Assembly (NCBI GenBank): GCA_013239625.1
Contig: MU053557.1
Coordinates: forward strand, 1,309,063-1,373,062
Direction of reading: 5' to 3'
Origin: Lama guanicoe
Taxonomy: Eukaryota
Length of the DNA: 64,000 bases
Positions within the stretch are counted from its first letter, which is position 1. Each line of letters begins with the position of its first letter. Under the pieces are notes generated by a model, which saw nothing but the letters and a program-made list of their open reading frames with translations, was not told where the DNA came from and ran no database searches. Shown one piece after another: positions 24,441 through 37,270 of this stretch. Position numbers and translations under genes: made by a program.

Positions 24441-26351
24441 AATAAAAATAATCTTCCTCACGGGGTTTCAAAGCAGGCACAATAGAGGAAATAAAGTTGA
24501 TCTGAGTTAGGACAGAGTCAGATCTGGACTGAAGGCTGTAAGTGTTTTTGGTGCCACTAACCAAGCTGGTAGACGTGCAGGTAAGAACAATGATGAGGTA
24601 AGTTTAGACTCAGCGCCTCCCAGTGGAAGGACAAATTGGATAACATCCAGAAGCTCAAGTAGCCCTCAGTTATCAAGAAATGGTACATACATTTGCAATT
24701 CGTCATAGAAAATAAGGGGCATTTTGGATGCAGTTTCCAGGTTTTGTTCAGATGTTTGGCATCATGTAGAGACTAATCAGGCACACTATAACCCTATTTA
24801 GAAGTGAATGTCTTCCTGGCTAGAGCAATGAATAAATATTAGAAAGAAATGAAGTCAGTTTTTCTTCTTCTTTCTCTCCTTGATCCGGAGGGGATGCCTG
24901 GAGATCTAAAATCCTGCCAGTTAATTGGACGTTAGCTAAGCATTGAATTTGGAAATAACACTCTTCTGCAACTACTCATGGAATTATTTTTATTCTCCAG
25001 TGTCCTAGGGATTCTCCCAGGGGTTAACTGAGCTCAACCAATTACAACCCCAGACCTTTTACCTCCTCCCAGATTGGAAGAAAGGGGCAGTGTTATCAGT
25101 GTCCAATTACTGACTTCATCTCTAGTCACATCTAATTATTGGGGCTGCACTGTTAATTCATAGATTTTGATAATTAGTATCTGCTGAAGGTTTTTTTTTT
25201 TTTGCTCCCTTGGTGAATAAAGCAGTTTCTAAGTAATTTAATTGTCTGGAGTGAAAAGGAAGAGTTTAATCCAATTTAAATTTGTATTTAGGATCCTAAT
25301 TTATATCGGTAGCATCATTTACACACCAACAGTATGTATCACCAATTACAGAGTATTCTATTCTTTTTTCTATACTAATTTTAACTAAATTATGTGTATT
25401 TTCTAGGTTTGCTTTCTGCACTCATCTAGAATTTGTGAAATCTGGAACTAAAAAAATAAAAATTTAAAAAAGCTCTGGATCATAACCAAGGTCATAAATG
25501 CAATATTAAGTAAGAATTACTCTGTATGTTAGTTGTAAGTATATTATATAGCTAAATAACTTTCTTACACGTCTCAGCAATGCTTAAACTCTTCAACTAC
25601 AAGCTTATGTGCACATGACAATCATTATTAACCACAGCATGATTATACCATGATCACTGAATCTGAGAAACCTAAGTATAGAATCAGAGAAATCAAAGAC
25701 TGAAGGGGAAAAAACTGAAAAAGTGCCTCATTTTTGCACAAAAAAAAAAGTAATTTATTATGTATCTATACAGTCTTGTGAGATAACTTAGTTCCATTTT
25801 TTTTTCTTGTTTTCCTGAAATTCAAAGAGGAAGATGGACACAGAACCAGCATTAAACTACTGAGATCTTGGCCACCAAACTTTCCACGTAATCCTCCCTA
25901 TATTCCTAACTAACCAGTCAGCTCATGTGCAATAGGTACAGAAGGGTTTTGTGTCTGGTTTGATTCCGTGGCAGCACTGAGAGAACCAGACAAGATGATG
26001 TGTATCAGTTCAGCAGTTATTTTACATGTATTGAGGCAGATATTCTGGGGCAAACATAGGGTCTCCAGCCATCAATTTAGTCAACACATATTCAGTAATA
26101 TGTATTCATTATACCTCTTTTCTCAGGCCCCACTCTAAGTACTAGGGAAAGAGCAGTGATCAAATCAGACCAAGTCCCTTCCCTTAAGGGACTTAGATTC
26201 TAGTCAGGTAAAGAAATTAATTAGTGAAACATTAAACTGTGTCAAGCGCTATGAAGAAAAATAAAGTAAGAAGATAGAGAATGTTGTTTACTTTGAGGAA
26301 CTAGAGAGGACATTTGAGCAGAAAATCTGCATTTAAAAAGTTATGAATAAT

Positions 26352-27231
26352 ATGGTATTTTTCTTTCTCTTTCTGGCTTACTTCACTTAGAATGACATTC
26401 TCCAGGAGCATCCATGTTGCTGCAAATGGCATTATGTTATCGGTTTTTATGGCTGAGTAGTATTCCATTGTATAAATATACCACCTCTTCTTTATCCAGT
26501 CATCTGTTGATGGACATTTAGGCTGTTTCCATGTCTTGGCTATTGTTAATAATGCTTCTATTAACATTGGGGTGCAGGTGTCATCCTGAAGTAGGGTTCC
26601 TTCTGGATGTATGCCCAGGAGCGGGATTTCTGGGTCGTATAGTAAGTCTATTCCTAGTCTTTTGAGGAATCTCCATACTGTTTTCCACAGTGGCTGCACC
26701 AAACTGCATTTCCACCAGCAGTGAAGAAGGGTTCCTTTTTCCCCACAGCCTCTCCAGCATTTGTGATTTGTGGATTTTTGAATGATGGCCATTCTGACTG
26801 GTGTGAGGTGATACTTCATTGTAGTTTTGATCTGCATTTCTCTGATAATTAGTGATATTGAGCATTTTTTCATGTGCCTATTAATCATTTGTATGTCTTC
26901 CTTGGAGAATTCCTTGTTTAGGTCTTCTGCCCATTTTTGGATTGGGTTGTTTATTTTCTTCTTATTGAGTCGTATGAGCTGCTTATATATTCTGGAGATC
27001 AAGCCTTTGTTGGTTTCATTTGCAAAAATTTTTTCCCATTCTGTAGGTTGTCGTTTTGATTACTTATGGTTTGCTGTATAAACGCTTGTAAGTTTCATTA
27101 GGTCCCATTTGTTTATTCTTGCTTTTATTTCTTCTAGGAGAAAATTTTTGAGATGTATGTCTGATAATGTTTTGCCTATATTTTCTCTAGGAGGTTTATT
27201 GTATCCTGTCTTATGTTTAAGTCTTTGATCC
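26352..27231 (-). mobile_element. Young LINE-1, inverted 5' segment of a twin-primed insertion (ORF2 C-terminus)
   Basis: Open 233-aa frame 26301-27002 with L1 ORF2 C-terminal motifs ([63 protein letters not shown]). Confidence 0.95.
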
Positions 27232-27233
27232 TT

Positions 27234-27580
27234 AATACCGTATGAGATCACTCATATGTGGAATCTAAAAAAAAAAAAAAACAAAGCATAAATACAAAAC
27301 AGAAATAGACTCACAGACATAGAATATAAACTTGTGGTTGTCAAAGGGGCAGGGGGTGTGACGAGTTAGACTGGGATTTCAAAATTGTAGAATAGATAAA
27401 CAAGATTATACTGTATAGCACAGGGAAATATATACAAGATCTTATGGTAGCTCACAGAGAAAAAAATGTGACAATGAATATATACATGTTCATGTCTAAT
27501 TGAAAAATTGTGCTCTACACTGGAATTTGACACAACATTGTAAAATGATTATAAATCAATAAAAAATGTTAAAAAAAAAA
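27234..27580 (+). mobile_element. Young LINE-1, sense 3' segment (ORF2 stop, 3'UTR, poly-A)
   Basis: TACCGTATGAGATCACTCATATGTGGAATCTAA translates as YRMRSLICGI*, the ORF2 end. It is followed by 3'UTR, AATAAA and an A10 tail. Confidence 0.93.
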
Positions 27581-27794
27581 GTTGTGAGTCATGGGAAGAC
27601 CTCAGAAAGGGCTTTCCCAACAGGGGAACCAAAATGCAAATGTCTTAAAGAGAAATTAACTTCATACTTTCTCAGAACAAGATGGGTGAGAGAGTAGGCT
27701 GGAACCAGGGTATGTATATGATGAGTTTGGATTTTAGTCTGAGTCAGAGTCGCTGCAGTGTTCTACAAAGGAAATTGGATATACCAGATTCCTT

Positions 27795-28435
27795 TTTTCT
27801 ATTTTAAGTATTAAGGTATAATTTACATACAGCAAAAGTTACTTTTTTGAAAAGTGTGCATTCCTGCTAGTTTTGATATGCACTTATAATTGTGCAGTTA
27901 TCACCACCATCAAGATACGCAACAGTTCTGTTAGTCAGAAGAATTGCCAGTGCCCCTCTGTAGTCATCTCTACCCTCACTAAATCTTTCTACTGTCACTA
28001 TGGTTTTGCCTTTCCAGAACATTGTATAAATGGGATCATACAGTAAACAGCTTTTCAGTCTGATTTCTTTCTCTTAGCAGAATGCATTTGAGATTAATCC
28101 ACGTTGTTGAGTGTATCAGTGGCTTCTTTTTATTACTGAATAGTATGCAATTGAGTGGACATACCATAATTTACCTGTTCCTCAGTTTCCCCCCCTGCCG
28201 CCATGCTTTTTCCCCATTTAAAAAGTAATCTGATGTAAACACCCAAATGCACATTTTTTGTGTAAACACACATTTTCAATTCACTTGAAATACCTAGAAG
28301 TAGGACTACTAGGTCCTACAGTGAGTATGTGTATAAATATAGGAGAAACTGTCAAAGTGGTTCCCAAAGTATCTGTACCATTTGGCATTCTGATTCATAA
28401 TATGTAGGTCCAGTTGCTTCACATCTTGACCCACC
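27795..28435 (-). mobile_element. L1MB-like 3'UTR fragment
   Basis: TATTAAGGTATAATTTACATAC...TCACCACCATCAAGATA...TATAAATGGGATCATACAGT...GCATTTGAGATTAATCCACGTTGTTG. Confidence 0.8.
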
Positions 28436-29139
28436 CATGTCTTTTTTTGATTGTTGCCTTTCCTGTTTGTTTTTAACACATCACTCTAGTTGCTGAATGG
28501 AAAAGGACTGTTAATTCAGGAAGAATGGAAAAGAAAAGGCAGTTAGGAGGATTATTGCAGTAGTTGAGGTGAAAGACGATACCCAGGAAGGGTATATAGA
28601 GACATAAGCCCTGTGTCACTACGATGATTAGAATTTGGGAAGAGGAGGAGGAACTAGCCACACTGATGGGTAGGAAGTGGCGAGTGAAATTGAAGTCCAC
28701 AAGACAGGTTTATAATTCAATTCTTGTTACTGGCAAGTATGTAGGTAAAAACTATACATGTCCAATAGTGCAAGATGATGTAGCTTTCAAGAGCAGTCAT
28801 CAGACTTTGGTGGTGGGTGCTGGCTGTCCTCCTTAGTCCTTCTCAAACATCTGTTGCAGTTATTTTAAATATGAATGAAGAGATGGCTCAGTTCCAAGAT
28901 GAGAGTAGAAGATAAGTCCGAACTCATGTGTTCAACAACTTTTGGGCAGGATGATTAAAAAGCGGACCTGACTGAGGAGGTTGACATTGAAAGCATGTGA
29001 ACACAGGATGCCTATTATTCTTTCTCATCGTCTCTGCAGCACAGAGAACATTGTAAAAGTAACATACGTTGTAAAAATGAAAGCATGTCAAGGTCCCAGC
29101 TTTGGAGATAGGCAGGGCAGGTTTGAACACCTCGTCTGC

Positions 29140-29770
29140 CCCTCTAGAGTCTCAATAGAGCACCAGGGTGGTATTTTTATAATGTAAGTCAAATCACGTC
29201 ATTCCCCAGTTTAGAATCCTCCTTTGGCTCTCCATCTCCAGAAAATAACATAAAAAGTCCTTGTAAGTCCTTATAATACCCTCCCTAATCAGTGCATTGC
29301 CATTGCCTCTGATGTTATCTTCTGTAAACTCCCCCAACTTTCACTGCCTTTCAGATACCAGATGTGTACTAATGACTGAGCACAGTAGGCTCACTCCCAC
29401 CTCAGATCCTTTGAAATGCTCTCTCTTCCTCCTGGAATGTTGTCTTCCTCATGTCTCACACCCTCTTCTCCCCTCCCTTGAGCAAGATTTTGCTCAAAGT
29501 TACCTTCTCTGTGAGCATGCATCCCACAGCCTCTGTAGAATTGCAGCATTCCTCTGCTCACTTTCTTGGCCTTGCTTTTCTCCACGATGCTTCCCATCAA
29601 TTGACATATTACATACGTATAAATTTAATGTCTTTTGTTTGCCACTAATATGTAAACTCCCTGGTGGGATGAATTTTGTATCTTATTTAGCACAGTATCT
29701 CTAGAAACCAACAGAGGCTAGCACAAAGTAAGCCCCCAATAAATATGTATTGAGTGAATAAGTAAAATAA
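29140..29770 (+). mobile_element. L2 3' end
   Basis: Pyrimidine-rich L2 body ending CAATAAATATGTATTGAGTGAATAAGTAA. Confidence 0.75.
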
Positions 29771-30449
29771 TGTACATAAATCACTGCACACAAGTCTAGA
29801 TATTGTCAGACTGCTACTTATGATTGTGTGGTATTCTTACTGTTATCAATATTAATAGTTTTTAAAACTTAAATTTCTTAACTGTTAACTGGAATCAAAT
29901 TCTAAGACATCAGTGAATCTCTTGATATCAGTCTTAATCAAAAGCTGAGTTTCGAGTTTTAGCTTGGCTACCTTGAAGTCTAGGGAGTCTCTGAGACCTG
30001 GGAGAGAATTGTGAAGCTGGGAGCTGCACCTTCAGTGCAGTCTGAGCTATATTTAGCTGCACCTGCTTCTGAAGGGCATTTCTCTGTGTGCAATAAATGA
30101 GTTGGGCTTGAAGAACACATATGTCTTTTGTATGAGCCAGCTAGAAAACCAGACAGTGTTTCTCAGATAGTGAAATTGTATTGCAGAAACAGGCGTGCTA
30201 TGTCCCAGCCTCCTCACCACTGACCTGGGTCCTTTCTGGTCTTCTTCTCCAGCTGTCATTGCTAAGAGGTTCAGTTCTAGCTTTAATATGTGATTTTCCC
30301 CCTTTCCTATATCATTACACCTATCTGTGTTGGTTAACAAAAACGAGTCTTGTCGTAAAGTAAAGATGATAATGAAAAAGCTAAGATTTGCAGCGAGCCA
30401 GTGCCTTTGCTCAGGGCCTCTGATCTCTCCTCACTCTCAAAACCCCTCC

Positions 30450-30860
30450 GAGCTAATTGTGCGCACTCCCCAAAACTCACATGTTGACGTCCTCACCCTG
30501 GTACATCAGAATGTGGCTGTATCTGGAGATAAGATCTCCAAAGAGGTGATTAATTTACAATGAGGTCTTTAGCATGGGCCCTAATCCAATATGACTTGTG
30601 TCCTTATGAGAAGAAGAAATGTGGGCACACAGAGAGACACTGAGGAGGTACACACACAGAGCAAAGACTGTGAAATGGCACAGAGAAGACCGCCATCCTG
30701 CAGCCAAAGAGAAGGGTCTCATGTGGAACCAGACCTGCTGACATCTTGATCTTGGCCTCTGAGCTTCCAGAACTGTGAGAAAATACATTCCAGTTGTTTA
30801 AACCATCCGGTCTGTGGTGGGGTGGGCACTCTGTTATGGCAGCCCTGGCAAACTGGCATG
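30450..30860 (+). mobile_element. MLT1B-like solo LTR
   Basis: CAGAATGTGGCTGTATCTGGAGATAAG...GGGCCCTAATCCAATATGACT.GTGTCCTTAT.AGAAGA...CCAGAACTGTGAGAAAATA...TTATGGCAGCCCT. Confidence 0.9.
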
Positions 30861-31251
30861 CTCTCTGTAAGTGAAGCAGTATCATTAGTCACCTTTGTGA
30901 GATAAGGAAACCGAGGCCAGAAAGGTTAAGGACACCCAGCTCATAAGAGGCACTACCATATTTGGAGCCAAAGTGTCGGACAAGAGCTCATGCTGGGCAG
31001 AGAAGGCCCATAACTGGCAGCGAAGTACAGACGAAGCAGAAGAGTGGGTTCAGAAAGCCAGTTTCTGGCTGGCCAACACGCTTGTGGTAACTTACTGGCA
31101 AGGATCTGGGATAGGCTCAGAAGCAAAGTCCAATGCTGAGTCTTCATTTTAGATGGATGCCTTTTCATTTTAGTTGTAGTCATTCTTCCTTTCAGGAAGC
31201 ATGCTTTCTAAAAAGGACAAAGGGAAAAATGTATTAAAATATGTTTGTTTC

Positions 31252-31685
31252 TGTATTAGTTTCCTATTGTTTCTGTCACAAATTTCCACAAATTTATTAT
31301 TTACAATTCCAGGGGCCAGAAGTCCAAAATGAGTGACAATGAACTAATATGAAGGTGTCAGCAAGGCTTAGATTCTTTCTAGATTCCATCTCTTTGCCTT
31401 TTCCAGCTTCTGGAGGCCACTGCATTCTTGTACCTCTAAAGCAAGCAGCATGGCATCTTCAAACCTCTAACTCTTCTGTCTCCCTCTTCTACTTACTTGG
31501 ACTCTTGTGATTACTTTGAGCCCACCTGGATGATCCAGGATAATCTTCCCATCTCAGCATCAACTGATGAACAATGTAAATTCTGCCTGCAGCCTCAATT
31601 CACCTTTGCCATACTGCTTAACAGCTCACAGGGTCTGGAGACTAGGACACGAACATCTTTAAGGAAGCCATTATTCTGCTTACTT
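31252..31685 (-). mobile_element. MLT1D-like solo LTR
   Basis: TGTATTAGTTTCCTATTG start; CCTTTTCCAGCTTCTGGAGGCCAC; GCCCACCTGGATGATCCAGGATAATCTTCCCATCTCA; GCCATTATTCTGC end. Confidence 0.88.
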
Positions 31686-31939
31686 TAGCTTCTATCTAAA
31701 GGAAAAAGGTAGCTTAGGTCTCAAATCATATAGACATAAAATTTATAGGTAGATATGGTACTTTCCGGAGCTGATAGGAGAGGAACTGAAGCTGGCTGAG
31801 TAGAGTTCCAGGGTCTGAGTAGGGTCGGGCAGCAGGTCAGGCTTGCAGAAAAGGAGATACAGGGAGAAGGAAGGAAGATGTTCGGTGCCTTGGGAGCGCC
31901 CTGTGACTGTCCCCTGACCACACACACTGCCTAAAGCCT

Positions 31940-32410
31940 ATGTGTTTGAGTGAGATTAATTTACCTCTGTCTCCAGGAATGATACACCACCACCAAAAAT
32001 AAGCCAACTAGTACATGATGGCATTCCCTTGGCCATGGTGATTGGTTTGGGAGTGGCCACATGACTAACATGGTTAAGTCAACGCAGAAGCCAGGACTTA
32101 CGTTTAGAGATTGGAGAAAAGAATAAAAAGTTTGACGTGAACCAAGAAGCATGAATCAGGTAATCTTGGGATTTTTTTGGCAGTTACCTGGTGACAAGGG
32201 AGGAAGTCAGCCTTGGGGATGACACTGGCTATAGAAGGGAGGGCATAGAGTGGAAAAAAAGAAACAGGTCCTCAGTGTTATTCTTGCATTGCTAAATCCT
32301 ACTCTTACTAAAATTTACTCTTATTTTAGGTTGTTTTTTTTTTAAATGTGAACAATTCCATTTTCTCTGCTGTTTAAACCAGTTTGATTTGGGAACTGCT
32401 ATATGTTCTT
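31940..32410 (+). mobile_element. Old MLT1J/K-like LTR
   Basis: CATTCCCTTGGCCATGGTGATTGGTTTGGGAGTGGCCACATGAC motif; GTTTAAACCAGTTTGA near the end. Confidence 0.6.
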
Positions 32411-32789
32411 ATACAAAACACTCAGTAAATACATCATTTGGGAAATGTGGTGATAGTGCTCCCCCTTAAACCCTAGATTTAAAGGATTATTCCTTGAGAA
32501 TTCAGTTTTATCAAGTTTAGCTTTGACGGGTTTTATCACAAGATATTATCTTATAAACACTTGAAAGTCAACTCTGAGTTCTGCTAACATTGTAACTTTT
32601 ACCTCTGCGTAACCTCGTATCTTTGATATTCTAAGCCTAACTGTTGATAGGAAAATTGGGATCAATAGATTTTTAACCTCTCCTCAGAGTATTATGCTCC
32701 TATTAGTCTGTTTATATTGGCTATGTGAATTTTTTTCCAGTTTTCCCTCAATTCTACATTGCTAATTAGGCCCTTTGGTAAAACTGAAC

Positions 32790-34070
32790 AATTCATTGCT
32801 TCTTTCTGCAAAGATTTATTGAACTTCTAGTATGTGACTTGTGTGCCAGGCCCTATTTATTTATTATAGGTTCAGGGGAACCAAGACAGATAAGATTCCT
32901 ACTTCTATTAAATTTACATTCTAGTGATGGTAAAGACACATAAATAAGTAAGAAATAAAGGAAAATAATTTTATGATAACTGCTATGAGAAAATATATAA
33001 TGCAGAGAAATAATTTTCATCTGAGGGTGTTCTGGGGTTCCGCTATTTCAGACTAGGCTCAGATAGGTGGCTTGGCTTCAGACCGTAGGGCTGGCACATC
33101 TCTGCCTGTCTCTGGGGCAGCTGGAGTAGATCTGCTCCACAAGTCTCTCATCTTCTTTAACTCAGAGGGCTGTCTGAAATATGTCCCCTGCAATGCAATG
33201 TGTAAGGAAGTGAGCAAAAATAAGGGAGATCTTTTAAGGTTATGGGTTTGAAGCTGGTAAGCTATCACTTACGCTCGTATACTTTTGGGGAAAGATATAT
33301 GAAAAAAATCATATGGACAAGTCAAAAGTAAGGAGAATAGACAGATATTTTGCCCAAAGATGAAGCTATGGAAAGAAAAGGGTGCAGGGAAGATGAATAA
33401 CTGGGGCAAATAATTCGATTTATCACACAGAATTGAATGATTGGAGTGAAGGGTACTACTTTAGGTTGAGTATTTAGGCTAAGAGGTCTTAGAGGTGAGA
33501 TATGAATGATGAGGACAAGGTGGCCATGTGAAGAAATAACTGGAGAAAATTTCTAGTAAAAGGCTATGAGGTGGGAGTAATTCTAGGATTGCCAACTGAT
33601 AAGAAGGTCAGAGTGGTTGAAGCATGATAAGCAAGAGGATGATGTTATAGAAGACGTCAGAGATGTAGGCAGAGGCCACATCATTGAGAGCCACGTAGTC
33701 CACATAATAACACTGAATTTTACTCAGATGATAATGGGGGAACCACTGGAGTATTTTAAGCAGAAGAAAATACTGACATGAGTTATATTTTTAGGATATT
33801 ACAGTATTACATTGGCTGCTCTATGAAAAATTGGTTGTAGGTGCAAGACATGAAGCAGGGAGAAATGTTAGAGGTTATCTCATTGTTCTAGGTAAGGGAC
33901 AATGGTCGTTTATTGTGGTAGCAGTGCATATAAAGAGAAGTATATTGATAATGCAATATATTTTAGAACCAGACCCATTTTTGTTGTGAGCAGAATCAGA
34001 GCTGTTTGTAGGAGTAATGAGAAGTAAGGGGAAAAATTACAGTTGGAAATTGGTTGCCATTTATTTAGAT
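32790..34070 (-). mobile_element. L2 fragments interrupted by an old MLT1-type LTR (about 33020-33425)
   Basis: Antisense L2 tail (GATTTATTGAACTTCTAGTATGTG...TGTGCCAGGC) and purine-rich body either side of a GGCTTGGCTTCA...TCTGCTCCAC-type LTR segment. Confidence 0.55.
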
Positions 34071-36204
34071 AAGAAAGTTGTTTTGTATATATGAAATATT
34101 ATTATGGTTCTAAATAATATTAACATACATTTTGTGTCATTTTCTTTTAATTTGAAGTAGATTAAAAAATTCTTCTCAAGTTGGATTAGATTTTGGTGAA
34201 GTACAAGAAATTCCAATGGCTTTTAGGCTTTATTTTTGAAATTTTGAAAGGGTAGGTCTTCCTTCAGAAACACTACCTAGATCTCTAGGTGGCAAACAGG
34301 TAAAGTCGGCAGATTACATTAGTTAATATCAGCTCAGTCTAGCACACGGATCTGGGTCTCTTGCCCCTTTTCCACTCCAGTTGTCCAAGAAAATGCCTTG
34401 GTCATCAACTCATCAAGACACAGTACAGGACAGGACTGTCAAGAGAGGCAGCAGTGACGTATTGCTGAGAGGCTGTACATGAGGGCTGCCCAGGCAAACA
34501 GCCCATTTTGTAGGAGACATTTTGAGCAGAAGAAGCAACAAAAAGATCGATTCTGAAAGATCAAGTATATCAGACTTCTGTAAAGAGGCGGCTACACAAG
34601 ACTAACACCTGGTTGTTATTAGGACCGCCGAAGTCCTGGTATTCTAATGGTCTAATTCCAGGTAAAAGCCCAAATGAACCCCAGGCAGCAATGAGAAATT
34701 AATTGTGAAAAGATGGGGCAGGGTGTTTTAAGGGTAATATTTAAGATTCACCCTTTGGCCCAGTGGTTTAATGGCCCAAATTAAAATTATACACAAGGAT
34801 ATGGGTAGGAAAATATACTTAGGAAACTCTAATGGTAAATAAGAAGCATAGAAGTGTTGTAATGGTTAGCAAGAAGTTACTGAACTCCCAGTGGCTTCTG
34901 GCAACTGTCTGATCCCAGTGGCTCTTTATTGCTTAAAATGGTGTCTTTAGGCTACAAGTACCTTCCCACTGAAATTTATCATGAAATGTACATTTATAGA
35001 GTTGTGAAATTTTGCCATTCTGCAATTTTATTTTATTTTTTATGTATTGGCTGTGCTCATGCCTAAATGGCAGCAAAATACTAACATATTTAAGAGAAAC
35101 AACTTAAATACAAAATGTGTTTAGTCTTGACAAGCTCACTGCCCATGACATTCTAGATTATTTGGGGGGTAGTCATCTTGGCTCTTTATATGGATGCTGA
35201 CTTTGTTAGATATTGTGAGAGTGATTGGAAACTTGTGGTAATGGAAGATTTTGAGAAAAACAAAAATAATAATGACCTAGTTGAATTCAGTCCTGGATTA
35301 AGCACGTTACATAAACAATCTCTTACTATCTTTATAAAATTGCATTTGAAGGGCTGAAAAAGGAGTCACATTAGAGGAACAGCCCCAACCGTCATGCTCC
35401 CCATTGGCTGCAGCAGAGCTTCAGTCATCCAGAATGCTCAGGGAGGTCATGGGATTCCGGTTACCTCGGGCTCAAACTGAAGGCATCTTAGATTCAGCTT
35501 CCACCAGTGATAGTTCGAATGGGTACTGACCCTCTTTCCTTTATCTGTAGGTTTCTAATGAAGGTGATAAATGTTTCTGGGGTATTTAAATGCATTGTTG
35601 TGAGTGAGGCGTCTGTATATGTCAGATAAAAGGGAATAATTTTGACTTGGGATTGGCCCTAACTTTCTCCAAAAGTCGATTCTCAGTGGACTCAGTCTCT
35701 GCTTCTGGGCTTCCTTCCCTAGTTCTTCTGTTTTCTTCTCTGTCCCCATAAGTGGACAAAGTAATCAGGAAAATCGCATTGGTTCTTTCAGTCAAGTGGA
35801 TCCTCTGTTCATCTTTTGGATGCTGTCACAAACGGTGCCACATTTGTTGCTGGAGAAGGGTTTCTTTTGTTAAGGATGCTGGCTCATGTCCTACCACTGG
35901 TGACGCCGTGGACTACAGTGAAACAAGGTGGCAGAGTCCTTTTGGGGCCCAAACCGAGGGACTGAACATCCACTGGGTTCTAAGTGACTCCCCAAGGAAG
36001 GAGTCATCCCTTTGAGACTTCCCAGGGCGCACACTCCAACATCCCACTGCCAGCTAGTGTAATTTTTGCTGAATTGCAGGATCTCCTGAGTTAAAAACCT
36101 AATGCTTCAGTTGATCTTAAGTTTCTCACAAATGGTAAACTTTTACTGAGAACTGTTTGTTCTACTTGCAAGTCAACAGACAGAATTGATAATCGGTGCA
36201 TGAA

Positions 36205-37270
36205 TTCACGTCCACTGCTACACCCTGGTCCACATCACCATCATTTCTCCCCTGACTTGCTGCATTAGCCCATCCACACAGAAGCCAGAATGACTCTCTC
36301 AAAATCTCAGTCAGATGATACTTCTTTGCTCAGAAAGTTCTGATAGCTTCCATGTAACTTAGAGTAAAAGCGAAAGCCCTTATAACAGCCTGAAGAGCGC
36401 TGCACACTCCTGCCCACATTACGTGTTGTGCGGTCCCCTGCTGCTCCCTCAGTTCAGCCACACTGTGCCTTTGATCCTTGTCTAACAGGCTAGAAGTCTT
36501 TAAACCAAGCTATTCCCTCTCAGAAAGCTCTAGCCATAGTATGTGCACTTAATTTTACTTCTTATTGTAAGATAATTATGGACTTAGAGAAGATTTGCAG
36601 AAATAACATAGAGTTCCCACATGCTCTTCATTCAGCTTCCCTTAATATCAATATCTTACATAACCCTGGTACAATTATCAAAACTAAGAAATTAATATGG
36701 GTGCAATACTGTAACTCAGCTACAGACTTTATTTGAACTTTACCAGTTTGCTCACTAAGTCCTTGTTTCGTATTCCAGGATCCAATCCAGGTTATCAGAG
36801 AGAGTTTAGTAAACATGTCTCCTTTTCTCTTCCAGTCTGTGACAGCTCCTCAGTCTTTTCATGTCTTTCAAGATCGTGAGATTCTGAAAGTACTGCCAGT
36901 TACTTTGTAAAGCGTCCCCCAGTTTGCACACCAGGTATTTCATGGGATGTACTTTTCAGTACTTGACTTCCTTCAGATCTCAGCTCAAACGGTAATAGCT
37001 CAGTGAAGCCTTTTCTGGTCATTTCACTTAAAAATGTAACTCAGTTTCCTCTCTTTCTACCACAGTTCTGTGTCTGACGTTCCTCTACTTATAAAAAGTG
37101 GATATTCTTTATTTCTTAATTATTTATTTATTATCCATCTTCCTCCACCAGAATGTTGACTCCATTCAGGCAAAGGCTTGTACGGTTTGTTCATTGCCAT
37201 TTACCTAATTTCTAGAAAATTCCTTACCATCTAGAAGTTAGCTCAGTAAAGCTTTGCTGAATGAATTCAA
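36205..37270 (+). mobile_element. L2 3' portion interrupted by a minus-strand L1MC 3' fragment (about 36555-36930)
   Basis: L2 motifs CACCATCATTTCTCCCCTG and a GCTGAATGAAT tail. The inserted GAGTTCCCAC...TTCAGCTTCCCTTAATATCAATATCTTACATAACC...ATCAAAACTAAGAAATTAA is L1MC-type. Confidence 0.7.

Larger units (their letters stand above)
26075..28700 (-). mobile_element. L2 element split by two later L1 insertions (L2 pieces at about 26075-26334, 27593-27790, 28475-28700)
   Basis: Antisense L2 3' pattern (CAACACATATT...CTCTAAGTACTAGGG...GGGACTTAGATTCTAGT) resumes after each insertion. Confidence 0.65.

Noticed and set aside
26301..27002. 233-aa ORF as a host protein-coding gene
   Set aside because: It is the C-terminus of L1 ORF2 in an inverted, truncated insertion. 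The last residues read into flanking DNA.
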